Program-made: the position numbers and the translations under genes | Notes under the pieces: model-generated | The model's input: only the letters and a program-made list of their open reading frames with translations | The model's database searches: none | Told to the model about the DNA's origin: nothing | DNA from: Blastocystis sp. Blastoise | Taxonomy: Eukaryota > Protista > Bigyra: Opalinata | DNA: 64,000 bases | Direction: 5' to 3' | NCBI GenBank assembly: GCA_039096225.1 | Contig: JBBPEB010000011.1 | Location: 682,001-746,000 of the forward strand | Shown: piece after piece, positions 29,162 through 48,164 of the stretch | Numbering within the stretch: position 1 is the stretch's first letter | How the letters are laid out: the number at the start of each line of letters is the position of its first letter

Positions 29162-30196
29162 TTAAGGTTTCGTTTCGAGAGTCGAATCGATTTGTGATGA
29201 ACAGATTCCGTAACTAATTGTTTCTTTTTACTCATACTATATTTATATATATATATAATTTATGTTATATGAATGGAATATAACTAAAATAATATTATAT
29301 ATATATGTATAGATATAAGTGAACAATAATAATAATGAAATGAAAAAAAATATTTATTAAAGTTATGATAAAAAAGATATATATATATATATATATATAC
29401 GCTAAGAATATAGATATTCCAATTAAAGCAATAAAGAGAAAAACGAAAATACCAATCCCAATATATATATAGAGAAGATAGTCTATATAAACTGTTGGAG
29501 ACACTATAATTTCATTAATACCTCCATGAAAAAGGGCTATATATATATATATTATATATATACAGAGAGAGAGAAAAAAATATATATATATAGAAAATAA
29601 ATGTTTTTATATTATTATAATATATAAAAATGATAGAATATATATATAATACCATCGCATTTAGATGTTTGTTTTGCTAGTCCAATTTTCCTCGAAATAG
29701 AATCGATTGATATCGTGAATCCCCGTAGAAATAATGTACCAAATACAGGCATCTAAAGAAGAAAAAAAAATAAGATTCTTCTTCTTATTGTATATAGCAA
29801 GTAATTACAATAAGTGTAAACATATAATAATAATAAATAATAATAAATAATAATAATAATAATAAATAATAATAATAAATATAAATATAATAATAAATAT
29901 AATAATAAATATAATAATATAAAAATAAATATAATAATAAATAATAATAAATAATAAATAATAATAATAAATGTAATAATAAATATATACATCAATATCT
30001 TGTTGTTTCTTAATACCCAAACAATTATATGTAACATTATATATAGATTCTTGATAGAGATACAATTCCGGAGGAAGGGAAACAAAAGTTTCCCCAAAGT
30101 AGAACACTAATACTGGCCAACGGTTGTGAGGGATATAGGGAACACAAACGTTAGAAAATAAATTAGGAGTACCACAAAAACCTATAGATAAATATA

Positions 30197-30246
<50 letters not shown>

Positions 30247-32143
30247 AGTTCTATAGATGAAATAGATTGATAGATTGATTTGTATACATATATATATACC
30301 TTCATAATTGCAATAATGTTGTTGTATATATGATTGGAAGGAGTAATAGACCGAAGAAGGGAGATATATATAAGGAACAGTAGTATCAAATCGAATAGAG
30401 AAAGCTAACTATATATATATACACATAATACATGATGATACCATATAATAATAGTATTTCATATATGTAATTATAGAATATATATTATAAAATGAGAATA
30501 AAATAATAGATATATATATATATATATATGTAAATATATGTATATACAGATCCTTTCAGAATAGAATCATCACTAATTTTCATATCTGTGACGAGTAGCG
30601 CGTAATATTCTGACGTCGGGTCCATTGAAATCCACGTGATAGAACCACTCTAATAGTATAACATATATTATTATATATAATTATTGATGAAATAGTATCA
30701 ATTTTAAAATATGAATATTAATTATATATATATATATATATACAGAGAGAGATGTGTCTAGATCTCCAATAGATAGTATTCCATTTGTGTCCCCAAAGCA
30801 CAAACTGAATACTTTATTTGATGTTGTGTATAAAGATATCTTATTATTATTATTATTATTATTATTATATTTTGTATTCTTTAATATTTTATTGTCATCA
30901 GTTTTCTTCATAATAATAGTCTTATTTTGATTATTATTATCATGCTTCACATTATCGATTATAGTATATACGGTATACGTTGATGACATAGCTAGGTTAT
31001 CTAGAATAGTATTATAAAGAGGTTGAATACAAGAAGGAGTACAAGAAGTAATAGATGTAGTTGTATATAGAGAAAAAGAAGAAGAATTGAAATAGCGAGA
31101 GGATAAAGAAGAAGATTCAGGAATAATAGTAGAGGGAAGGGAGAACGTATTTGGAGATAGGGAAGATGGGGAGTATAATAGGCCATATATACCATGATAG
31201 GAAGGTATAGAACCATCATATATACTATATATAATAAATATAATAAATAACATAATAAATATAATAAATAATATAATAAATAATATAATAAATAATATAA
31301 TAAATAATATAATAAATAATATAATAAATAATATAATAAATAATATAATAAATAATATAAATAATATAAATAATATAAATATAATAAATATAATAATAAA
31401 AACTGTATATATATACTTTAATAACTTTACATCTCCTTTAAAATAATCTGAATAACCAGAAAGTGTTGAAATTGAGAAATAATCACGGGAAATCATTCCT
31501 TGTCCACTAAGATAGAATTATAGAAATAAAATTAGTTATTATATATATATATACAGAATAGAGTTATAATAAAGATAGATTCCACAATTATTAGATTGTG
31601 AAGACTCTCTACATAGAGTAGAGTTTTCAATACATTCACCTGAACACAAAGAGGCATCACAACTCTCTATATATTTAAAGAAATTGAAATTATGAAATAA
31701 AAAAACAAAAAAAAAGAATTAAAAAAATAGTATACGAGCTAAGCATTTAGAATCCGACATTGTAATGATTTGGGATGTTTTACTTCTTGTGACATTATAT
31801 AACTTTTGTGAATTCTAAAAAATCAAAAATAACAATAGCAATTTTAAAAGAAAACGAATAACTCATACACAATTTGCACATAATGATGAAAATAAAAAGA
31901 AATTTGGAGTTCTTGTATCCTATATTATATAAAATAAATGAAATTTTAAATACTAAAAGGACATCCACAGTTTGAGATGGAGAGCCTACCGTCATCTTTG
32001 TGGATAAAATAAAATTTGAACTAACATAGACTCTCTGTGATATAAATGAGCCAATCTAAAGACAGTAATTGATCCAATGTTGAAATAAATACGACTGGAT
32101 ATATGAAATAAGCCAATATTATAATATGAGTCAGATATTGCAT
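29162..32143 (-). CDS. Pepsin-family (A1) aspartic protease-like membrane protein with degenerate catalytic motifs, about 12 exons
   Basis: VGSPSQTVDVLLDTR, FSLCFG...GILSIG, YYAL, RFDTTVPYIYLP, FGTLFLRGF...KIGLA; N-terminal signal and C-terminal TM. Confidence 0.75.
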
Positions 32144-32758
32144 TTTGATACAATACTACTCGAAATAATATATTTCGTTAATAAGATACTGTTTATAAAA
32201 AAATATTGTGGTTCTGTGTGTTTTTTGTTTTTTGCATTTTATAGCATATATATATATGTAGATGACGTTTTTCATTTCAAATTTCTAAATTTCTAAATTG
32301 AGATATCAAGTTGTTTATGTAGCAAATAGTATACTATGTCGATTCAGATTCAGAGTGTCGTTCGTTTAGTCATTAAATGGTTTTAAATCTACTTTAAATT
32401 ATAGTAGAGATACTTTATGATCGGTATACTATAAGTGTATTTAATAATCAAAGAAAGACATGGCTTAAAAGAAGAATTCTATTTATATTTAACTTGTGTT
32501 GGCAATAAAATAAATATAAAGTTTCTAGAAATGATTACAATAGTTGTGTGATCATTTAAAAATAATTTAGAAAGTATTGACGATTCCTTAAGAAATAAAT
32601 AGTGTGCATTGCTTTTATAAAATAATACAAAACATATATGAAAGCCCACATTTAATAAATAATTATATAAAAAAGAAGATTATAAATAGAAAAAAAAGAG
32701 AAATACATAGATCAATATAAAACAAAAAAATATATATATAAAGTCATAATATCTTTCT

Positions 32759-34699
<1,941 letters not shown>

Positions 34700-34875
34700 T
34701 TTCTAATAAACCTCTACCTTATCAATAAGAAATCAAAAATAAGAAATGAATTCTTGATTCTCTCCATACCCATAGAAATGGTAATTAAGGAAAATTCCCT
34801 TATTCATATCAACGTTTCCGTGATTATTTTCAATTATTCTAAATAACATATTATTACATATATAACGTTTTCTAA

Positions 34876-36408
34876 ATGGACAAAGTTAATAATTATCTTG
34901 GTTCAACATCTTTCACAAGTAGAAAAGTGACTATCCTTTTTCTCATACTTCTTTGCTCGATCAGTATTTCTTTTTTTATATAATAAATCAATATTTAGGT
35001 TTACTTGTGCGTTGTATCCCAATATATCAGAATCCTGATCTTTTCCGTAATCGAGAAGGATTCTTTAATTTCAAAGCTACAGAGATTTTTGTGAATTCTG
35101 GATATACTTCTTTTATTAAATGGTTTAAAGATACTGTTTGGTATCCTCATGGTGTCATTTTGAATGAAAACATATATCCAGGATTAGCTATTTTTACAGG
35201 TACTCTATACAACGTTCTTCATTTTCTTCATATTCCCGTTTCATTACATACAGTATGTATTTACTTGGAACCTGTATTGAGTACTCTTGTTATTGTAGCT
35301 CTTTATACATTTTCATTTTGTTTATTAACTCAAACTTCTACATATATTCATGACAAAAATCCAAAATCACTTATTTTTTCTCCTTCTTTCATTCAACTTG
35401 CTTCATTTTTATCTTGCTTTTTCTATTTCTTTTCTCCTCTTCTTCTTGCTAACAGTTCTGGCTGTATATATACAACAGATTCTCTTACTTATTTTCTCTC
35501 CCTTGTTACATTGTCATTCTATATATATCAACAAGATTATCCAGTAATAAACACGGTTATTAGTGCTATTTCTCTTGTCACTTTATCCTATATATCGACC
35601 TTCTCTTTTATTATTTTAGATTCTATATGCTTTTATAGTATATATAAGATGAAACGTTATGGAGGACAAACTGCTATTCAATATTATATGTTTTATGTTC
35701 TCTATACAACAGGTATATATATATATATTTTTTTCTATGCATTGTGTATATTATATTATATATATATTAGGTATTTGTTTTATGTTTGGATTCAACACAT
35801 GGTCAACAAAAATCAATGTTGTCGTATATATTATTATTATTATTATGTTTATTGTGTTTATTATTATATATACATATTCTATAATATTATATATATATAT
35901 AGATTGCTACATATACTGTCATATATGCTTATTACTTTTCTCTTTCATCTCCTTCGATTTCTTTAAGAATAACCATGGGAATTCTATTTTTAGGACTGTT
36001 ATCTATCTTCCTCTATCAAAATTCTTCTTTAGTCTCCCTCCTATCCTATCATTCTATATATACATCTATGTATATATATCAACCAACATCATGGTCCTCT
36101 CTCTATAAAGATATGGGATTGTTAGTATATATATATATATAACTGATTATCTATATTCATATATAATATATATATAACTGATTATCTATATTCATATATA
36201 ATATATATATAGATGTTTATATACATTATAAGTGTATATCTTATTCTTAAACATATGAACTCGCTGATTCCCATGTTTATTCTATATATTTCTCTGGGAC
36301 TCTTAGTATTTTCCACGGTTATCAATGTTATGACTCCTTATTTCATTTTATTTGCTTGTATTGTCTCTGCTATTGGTACAACCTATTATATACTAAAGTA
36401 TATATATA

Positions 36409-36460
<52 letters not shown>

Positions 36461-36716
36461 TGATATTACTAAACATTATGCTGATATATATAGACAACTT
36501 AATATAATGAAGAATATTGAGGAACATAATAAAAAGATCGATTATATATATATAGATAATCAACATCAAATATCAAATACTAATGTAATAGTTACTATTG
36601 CTATGTGTATTCTTCTCATCCTCATTTCCCTCCAAAACCGTGATTTATATTCTCATTCTCCCGCCATAATCAAAGGAAGAACAAGAGATATCAACGACTT
36701 CAAAGAAGCTCAAGAG

Positions 36717-36758
<42 letters not shown>

Positions 36759-38523
36759 GACATTCTATTGTTTTTCTATATTATTATGTTCAATAAAAAT
36801 AATAATAATAATATATATTCATATAGTTATCTATCGACACTTCCTCGTAATACTACTTTATACACATGGAAAGATAATCTTTATTTAACAACTAATAATA
36901 ATAATATACATACTCCTTGTATATATATATATACATGATAATCTTAGTGTTAGTATTATTATTTTATTATATATATTTTTATATAAATCACTACATTTCT
37001 TTATCTTTCCCTCCATTATTTCCCGCTATTTCTAGATGACACGTCTTCTTTGAATCTTACTTCTTATACGGATCTTGCAGGCATTCTTATTAATAATGAA
37101 TATAAAGCTTATGATATACTAAAGAAGTATATATATAGATAGTTTTGTTGTTATCATTATTTATTTATTTATATACAGTTTTGTTATTATCATTATTTAT
37201 TTATATATAGATATAGTATTATTATTATCATTATTTATTTATATATATATAGTTTTGTTGTCATTATTTATTTATATATAGATATACTATTATTATTATC
37301 ATTATTTATTGATTTATATATAGTTTTGTTATTATCATTATTTATTTATATATAGATATAGTATTATTATTATCATTATTTATTTATATATAGATATAGT
37401 ATTATTATTGTCATTATTTATTTATATATAGTTTTGTTGTTATCATTATTTATTTATATATAGATATAGTATTATTATTATCATTATTTATTTATTTATA
37501 TATAGATATAATGTTCAATATGTTTCTGTAATATTTGGAGGAAAGATAGGATATAGAAATGATGATATGAATAGAATAGTTTGGTTGGCACGTATTCATT
37601 CCCACGGGAAGCCCACTTTATCAGAGAAACTTAAGAATATAACGAATTCTCTTAGTCAACAAACGAAGTCAGCAATTCCTAAGGATATTCCCATAAAAGT
37701 AGAGAAACAAGAGAAGCAGAATAGTATTCCGGATTCTATTCCTGTAGAAGTACCTAGAGAATCTGATAAATCGTCTTCTTTTGAAAATACTGTAGATATT
37801 GAATATGATAATAATATTAATAATGAAGATAATAATAATATGAATAATGAAGATAATAATAATATACATTCTGACTCTATTTCTAGTGACACTTCTTCTT
37901 CTTCTCCTGATATTCAACCTGTCAATATACAAGTTATTCCAGAAGTCAATCGAATTGTCTCTAAGAAGCCATCGATTCCCGCGGGAAATGATGGCGATGA
38001 TATAGATCTTGCTGCTCTTATGCAAGAGGAGATTAATGAATATATGTTCGTTGATAAAGAGAATAGGATTGTTATTGACCGTACTGCTTCTATATATATG
38101 AGAGAATCTTTATTGTATATATATATATTTATTTATTTATTACAGTATCTTATGATATATATATTATTTTAATTCTATATATTTTTTTAATTCTATTAAT
38201 TCTATTATACTATTATATATATGTATATCATTATAGATATAAGTTGTCCTATTATAATTATAATCATGAATTCACTACTCAAAAGGAAATCCAGGGTTAT
38301 GATATAGTGAGACGACAATCCATGAAAAATTACATCAAATTAACTCATTTCAAAGAAGTATTCACTTCATCTAATTGGATTGTACGGTATGTTTTAGTTT
38401 TATACTTATTATATTCTTTATTATTATTATTATTATTATATTCATTACTATTATATATATAATTATAGTATTTATGAACTCCAAGATGACAATAATGACA
38501 CTGTTGTGGATACCTCTAATTAA
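34876..38523 (+). CDS. Divergent STT3-like oligosaccharyltransferase paralog, about 11 exons
   Basis: WFKDTVWYPHG...YPGL, QPTSW, DFKEA, VIFGG.IGY..DD.N..VWLARI, SLLYKLSYY, GYDIVR, HFKEVFTSSNWIVRIY. Confidence 0.85.
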
Positions 38524-38951
38524 ACATTCATTTATAAATATATATTGGCATATTATTTTTTTATTATATATTTCCACTATTTTTCACTTTTTTCACATAA
38601 TATTTATTATTTTCATTTTACATATATATATTGTCATTTCTATTGTGTGTTATGTCATTCAATTTTCTAAAACTATAAACAATAGCTATTCACGAATATC
38701 CAAGACGTCATTTACAAGTTTTATTATGTTTATTTCTTATTGTTTAACTTAGTTATATAATTCCATTGAACTCACATCATCTAATTAAATCACTTTTAAA
38801 CAAAACATGAGTTTCCAAGCTTTCAGATATATTCTGCTATATACTGATTTTTCTAGATACAAGAGTCAGTTAATGAAAAGTGAAAAAATAATTCCCAAGA
38901 AAAAACAGGTTTTTTGAAAAAATTATTTTTTTGCTATATATAATTCATTCA

Positions 38952-41249
38952 ATGGCAGAATCACAGGATAAGGTTCAGAATCCTATAGAGACAGAGAAAT
39001 TTGATTCAATTCAATCTGAATCATCTGTTTCTCAAACGAATTCATCCAATGGTACTCAAAAGTCAAAGTCATTATCGAATATACACAATCGTATCAAGAA
39101 GATGACTGAAATCAAGCAAGAAGATGGATTTAAAGATATTCCTATTGAACCTACAAGAGAAGTTCCTCAACAATATATACCTGAGAAAGTTATGGAGAAA
39201 CACGTTCCTACTCAAGACGAGGATATTGAGCAAATCAAGGAAATGATCAAGAACGACAAGATTATTTTTCAAGATAGTTATATATTGAATGAAATGATTG
39301 ATGGTGGTACTCAAGAGCTTCAGAAAGAAATTAAGGATGGTTATGATGGTCATACATTTACTGATTCTAGTTTTGAGAAAGAGAAATTAGATACATCAAC
39401 TCGTGTTCCTGATCAAGTTATTGTATCTCATAAGAAACCTTTTTTAGATGTTGTATCTGAAAAAATAGCTACAAGTAAAGAAGTAGTAAGTAATTGGAAA
39501 GATAAAGTAGTGAAGAATCGTGAGAAATCATCGAAATGGTATGAAAGTAAATTTGGTGCAAATGATTCAAAGAATAAAGAGATAAAGAATGATGAATTAG
39601 AACCTGTAGAAGAGAAACATAAATTACCATTACATCGTATACAAGATCGTATTTATTCATTTGTTCATCATGATAAAAAAGTGAAAGAAGTTGATTTAAA
39701 GAAACAAGAACCTATAATAAAAGCATTGAAACCAGAAGATATAAAGCCAGATGTTGGTCTTACAGGTGATCTACAAACAGTGGAAACTGGGGAAACTTTG
39801 AAAGTGAAGCCTGAAGAATTATTGGCAGATAAGAATCCATCACATGCTCTTGAGATTCATGATTCAGCAGATAACTCAAAGAATTCATCAAAATCTGTGG
39901 ATAATAAGAAGAAGACACAGAAGAATAGTATTACTCAAAAGAGTAAGATATATATACAAAATAAATATAGAGATTTAAAACAGAATGGACAAATGAAAAT
40001 TGTTTATGAAACTATTGGAGGGGTTGTTCTTTTAGGAGGTATATATATGTATATTAATGTTTATTTTTTATAGTATTCTTGTTAATTTTATTTATTTTTT
40101 TTTAAAACACTATTTTTTATTCATATATATATATCTATTATATATATAGTATTAGGAATAGGTATTAAGAAAGCAGGATTTGGTCGTACCTATAAGACAG
40201 TAGACACGGTAGTTCAAAAGAATAAATTCCCCTTAAAATTAAGAGGTCATGTATATAAATGTGAAGATGGATTATTACCTATGTATATTATTATTATATT
40301 ATATTTATTATTATTAAAATTATTATTATATCATATATATTATTATAACATTTATTATTATTATTAAATGATTTCATACATCTATATGTTATTCTATAGT
40401 TATCATATTCCTTTATATAAATTCTTATTTAATAAGACTCGACCAGATATATATACTACAGTAATGAAAGAAAACCGTGAATATATGATTATGAAACCCT
40501 ATAATATCAAAATGACGGCACAAGGACAGGTATATTCTAATTATTCTAGTATTCTATCATCTATTTATCTAATTATTATTATATATATATATAATATTTT
40601 TCTTATATTCATTAATTATAATTTTATTTGATGAGTACATTTTTTTATATTATTATATATATATATATAGGATTATATAAATGATCTTATTCAGAATACT
40701 AAAGGATTAGCAAATATGTCTATATATAAAGCAAGTTCAGAAGAGAATTGTGTTTTCGGTGACGCATGCTTTCATACTAATGAAAACTTTTATTATAAAT
40801 ATATATGTAGAGAAGATATTAATAAAGTATTATTGAAAATGGGTTATGCTAAATTAGAAAAGTATATTATTTCATTTATTTATTATTTATTATAATCTAC
40901 CTATATTTTTCAATTCAATTATTATTATAATTTTACTACTTAGTGAAAATATGGAAACATTCAAATATGGTAAACGATATGAAAAATGGCAACTTTATGC
41001 TCAAAGAAGAGTATGTCTAATAGATATATATATTACCATTATTTTTCTTTATTACGAATCAATATTTAAATACATTTATATGTATAGTTTCTGGGTATTT
41101 GGGCAGAATCACAAGTAGATCTTGATGATAATTCTTTTATTAAAGCTTATTTTGCTATTTGGCGATATATACATAAACATATGAAAAGTAATGATAATAA
41201 ATCAAAAGATATTGCTGTGAAAGACCAGAATTCACAGTTGAAACAATAA
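38952..41249 (+). CDS. Staphylococcal nuclease-like (LCL3-like) protein with a long charged N-terminus and one TM, 6 exons
   Basis: LRGHVYKCEDG..IYHIP, DINKVLLKMGYA, YAQRRFLGIW. Confidence 0.6.
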
Positions 41250-42102
41250 ATTTTTTAATTATTAATATTTCTTTTTAGGAGAACATATCATGATTTATCT
41301 AGCTTTTTATTTCATGATGATCTCTCATTTAAAATACATTTTCTCTTATTAATTTTTATTATTTTACCATTTTTTTGTATTCTTTTAGTCTGTATTGTAT
41401 AGCTGATGTGTTATGTTATGTATTTAGCCATTTTTATAATAAATAATTCAAATATTAATAAAACGACAGAAAATTGAAAAATGAAGAACAAAAACAATAA
41501 AATATATTTTCAAAGATCATTTTTAGAACATATGAAACGGTTTTAGCGTAAATATTCATTCTTTATTCATTTTTATGTTCAATAGAATGTTATAAGAATA
41601 GTAAAATAAATATTTTTGATTAATGTGGAAAGCGAATGACAATTGTTTTTTTCAAAAAGTTAGTACAGACTATATTTTATCTTAAATTAATAAAAATAAT
41701 AATCCGAGTTTAAATTTTCATGATAAATAGAATAATTTAGAATATGTAAATGATATGTCAATCCACATTTGCTTCATTTCTCATAATTCTATTTTTAATT
41801 GGTCTCTAGTCCAATATATCAATCAATAAAAATCATAAATTCAACATATATTTAAAAAAAAATAATCCATTAAAAGTCATTCAATCCTTGTTACATAATA
41901 AATTACAAAATAATATTTAATAAAAGAAATAGTTGTGTTAACTTAGCTAATGGAAGTATTGTGTTAAATAAGGTAAGAAAAAAATATAACAATACACCAC
42001 GCTACTTACTCTAAAAATGAATAAAACTAAACGCACTATTTATTCTTTACTCTGCGTATTTGTTAACATATAAATCCACCCGAATAATATATGTAAGTGT
42101 GT

Positions 42103-42538
42103 TTATCGGAGACGACGAGCTTCTCTTTCCCATTCGAGGAGAGTTAAAACGTCACCAACAGCGATGGGTCCCTTAACATTAAAATATAAATATAGTAAGC
42201 ATATATAAAATAGATAGAGATGTTTATTTTTGAGAATCAAAGTAGTAAAGTAATTGATTTGAAAATAAAAAGTATTGATATGCCATATTTTGCTATATAT
42301 GTCCCTTAACATTACGGATAATAGAACGGTTAGAATCATCGAGGAAAGTAACACGAACTTGAGTAACGTTACCAGTGTTACCAGTTCTACCGAGGACTTT
42401 ATCGACACGAGCAAATTTTACTTCGTTTTCCAATAGATATTAAAATAAATGTTTGATCAAATGGTAGATTAGTGATAAATAGGTTTCAAGAGAGGAAGTC
42501 TCCGATAATATATAGTGAGATATGTTGATATATACCAT
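42103..42538 (-). CDS. RPS28: 40S ribosomal protein S28 (eS28), 3 exons; both introns non-canonical
   Basis: [65 protein letters not shown]. Confidence 0.95.
42168..42300 (-). other. Non-canonical intron (AT-AC register) bounded by a 14-bp direct repeat
   Basis: TAATGTTAAGGGAC at 42168-42181 and 42301-42314; no register yields GT-AG. Confidence 0.88.
42431..42535 (-). other. Non-canonical GT-TG intron after the ATG-only first coding exon
   Basis: ATG|GTATAT...TTTTAATATCTATTG|GAAAAC; an in-frame TAA prevents read-through or use of the internal AG. Confidence 0.72.
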
Positions 42539-42841
42539 TTTAGAAAATGTGGATAATTGTAAAGTACGCAAGAATATGTATTCTGTAGGTGAATTATGAA
42601 AAACAAAAGAAAGAATGGACAACAGCAGAATCTCTTTCTGAGAATGGTAATTATTTTATATAAAATTTCTTAATAATTTGTTGTGAACCGTTTTTTCTGA
42701 ACCTGACGTGTTTTTCCACGGGAATGACTTTTAGGTCTTTAAGAAATCAGCTCCACTCAGAAAAAATTCAGCGAAAAAAGTCCGTTTTCTGTTTCTGATT
42801 TTAAGCTTTTAATCTAAGTGTATTCTTTTGATATCTATAAA

Positions 42842-43084
42842 ATGTCACCTAATACAGCAGATAATTTTCAAGGACTTTACATTGGCATTGCGATCTACTT
42901 AGCATTAGCTATCATACCTTCTATTCTTTTTTGCATTCTTGGAAAAACCAGATTAATCAAGAGAGAATTTGCTGAAACTGGATGCTTATTTGCTAGTTGT
43001 ATTCCTATTTGCTTTGGTATAGTTTGGGCATGTGCTTATATGCATCAAATGAATCCTTTGATGGTACCTATTTACAAAGAATAG
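42842..43084 (+). CDS. V-type ATPase V0 subunit e
   Basis: 80 aa, two TM helices, WACAYMHQMNPLMVP signature. Confidence 0.9.
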   Translation: MSPNTADNFQGLYIGIAIYLALAIIPSILFCILGKTRLIKREFAETGCLFASCIPICFGIVWACAYMHQMNPLMVPIYKE

Positions 43085-43353
43085 TTGAAATGATTGTTTT
43101 TTTCCCTAGTTGATATTAATGTTTACTTATTCCATACATGTAGATTATTCTTATAAGGCCAATATTATTAATATGATTGAGTTCTATATATTTTTCAAAA
43201 ATAAAACTGTTTCGTTTTAAAATTTTTTAAGAAAATAATGTTTTTTTTTACAAAACCAAAAGAGAATCATATATACATATTAAAAAGTAACTATAGATAT
43301 TGAGAAATATATAATACAGAAAAAGTACATAAATAATAAAATGAATGTATAGA

Positions 43354-46824
<3,471 letters not shown>

Positions 46825-48164
46825 TTATTTCTTTGTTGTTCTAAAAATGATTAAGTAAATGCAATGAGACATAACATACATGATAAACAAAGAAAAAATG
46901 ATAATGTAGTAGATATAAAATATATATAGTTGAATATCACAAAAACAAAGGAAGTATTTTTTCCCGTGGAAAATAGTCTCATTTCTCTGCATGTTCTTTT
47001 ATTACCATGAATATGTTTTTTCTTCTATCAAAATAATTAAGAAGAAATTCGTTTAGAATTTCTAGGTTCATATTGGGTTTATCAACACTGTGCGTTCGTT
47101 ATCATTCGATTTGTTTTCTGTATTTTTGCATATAAGAATTCCAAATCCAAAAGATAATGAAATAGATATTGGATGAATTGTTCTTACTGATCTCTGTTTG
47201 TAATTAGGTATATAAATATAAAATATATATTACATTAAAGACAGAGTAACATATATATGAATGAAGAGTTATTCCCATTTATTTTTCAAGGTTATCTACC
47301 TTTTATGAAAGGATATCATAAATGTCAATAAGAAATGACTATCAACTCATTTTTCTATATATGAATCATTGAAGAGTTGAAGATGAGTATTCAAACACAA
47401 TTTATAGAACATAATTATCTAATTTTCATATAACAATGACTACTTCCATTTCATTGTTCTTTGGTGTTATCTTAGGATTCCAAATATTAAAGAATATATA
47501 TTTCGACCATAATAAATAATCTTAAAATATATTGAGATAGATAAACTTGTGTATTATCGTAAAATCAATTCATAATCACTTTTATTGTAAATATAATTAA
47601 ATATGTATTTTTGTATTTATGAAAACCATTGAATACACCAGAGAAGCAGCATTATAATCTATAATACATAGAATAACTATAATTTATTATTAAATCCCAA
47701 ATAAAATGGCGAACCGATTGGATGAGTCTAATGAGATGGACAAGAGATTTCAAATATCGATACTATACAATAAAATCATTCTTCACTAAATAAAAATAAC
47801 TTTGAATAAGAAAAACATCAAATAAATCAAATAAAAACATACGCTCCAAATTAACCCACAAAAATGAGTTTAAAGTATACAATTATTAGTAGACTGTTTT
47901 ATAAAATGCAATGTTGAGATTCTTAAACATGGCATTGCAGTCGAAAAAAATGGTTCATAGAACATTTCCATAGAAAGTTTCTGGATGTTTCTAAAAGAAA
48001 TGTTGTTATTTCTTTTTCATTTTGATTAAAACCACGGGGAAAAATGATGAAGTGGGCAAATTGATTTCCTACGTATTAAGCGACTTTCACGTTTACGATG
48101 TTTTTTCTTTCACAAAAAAAGTTATTATTTTTTCTATCTTAATTAATTCATTAAGTAACGGAAT

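Noticed and set aside
47958-47993. Imperfect hairpin or heat-shock-element-like GAA/TTC array upstream of importin-beta
   Set aside because: Spacing does not fit nGAAn repeats well and it is weak against the AT-rich background
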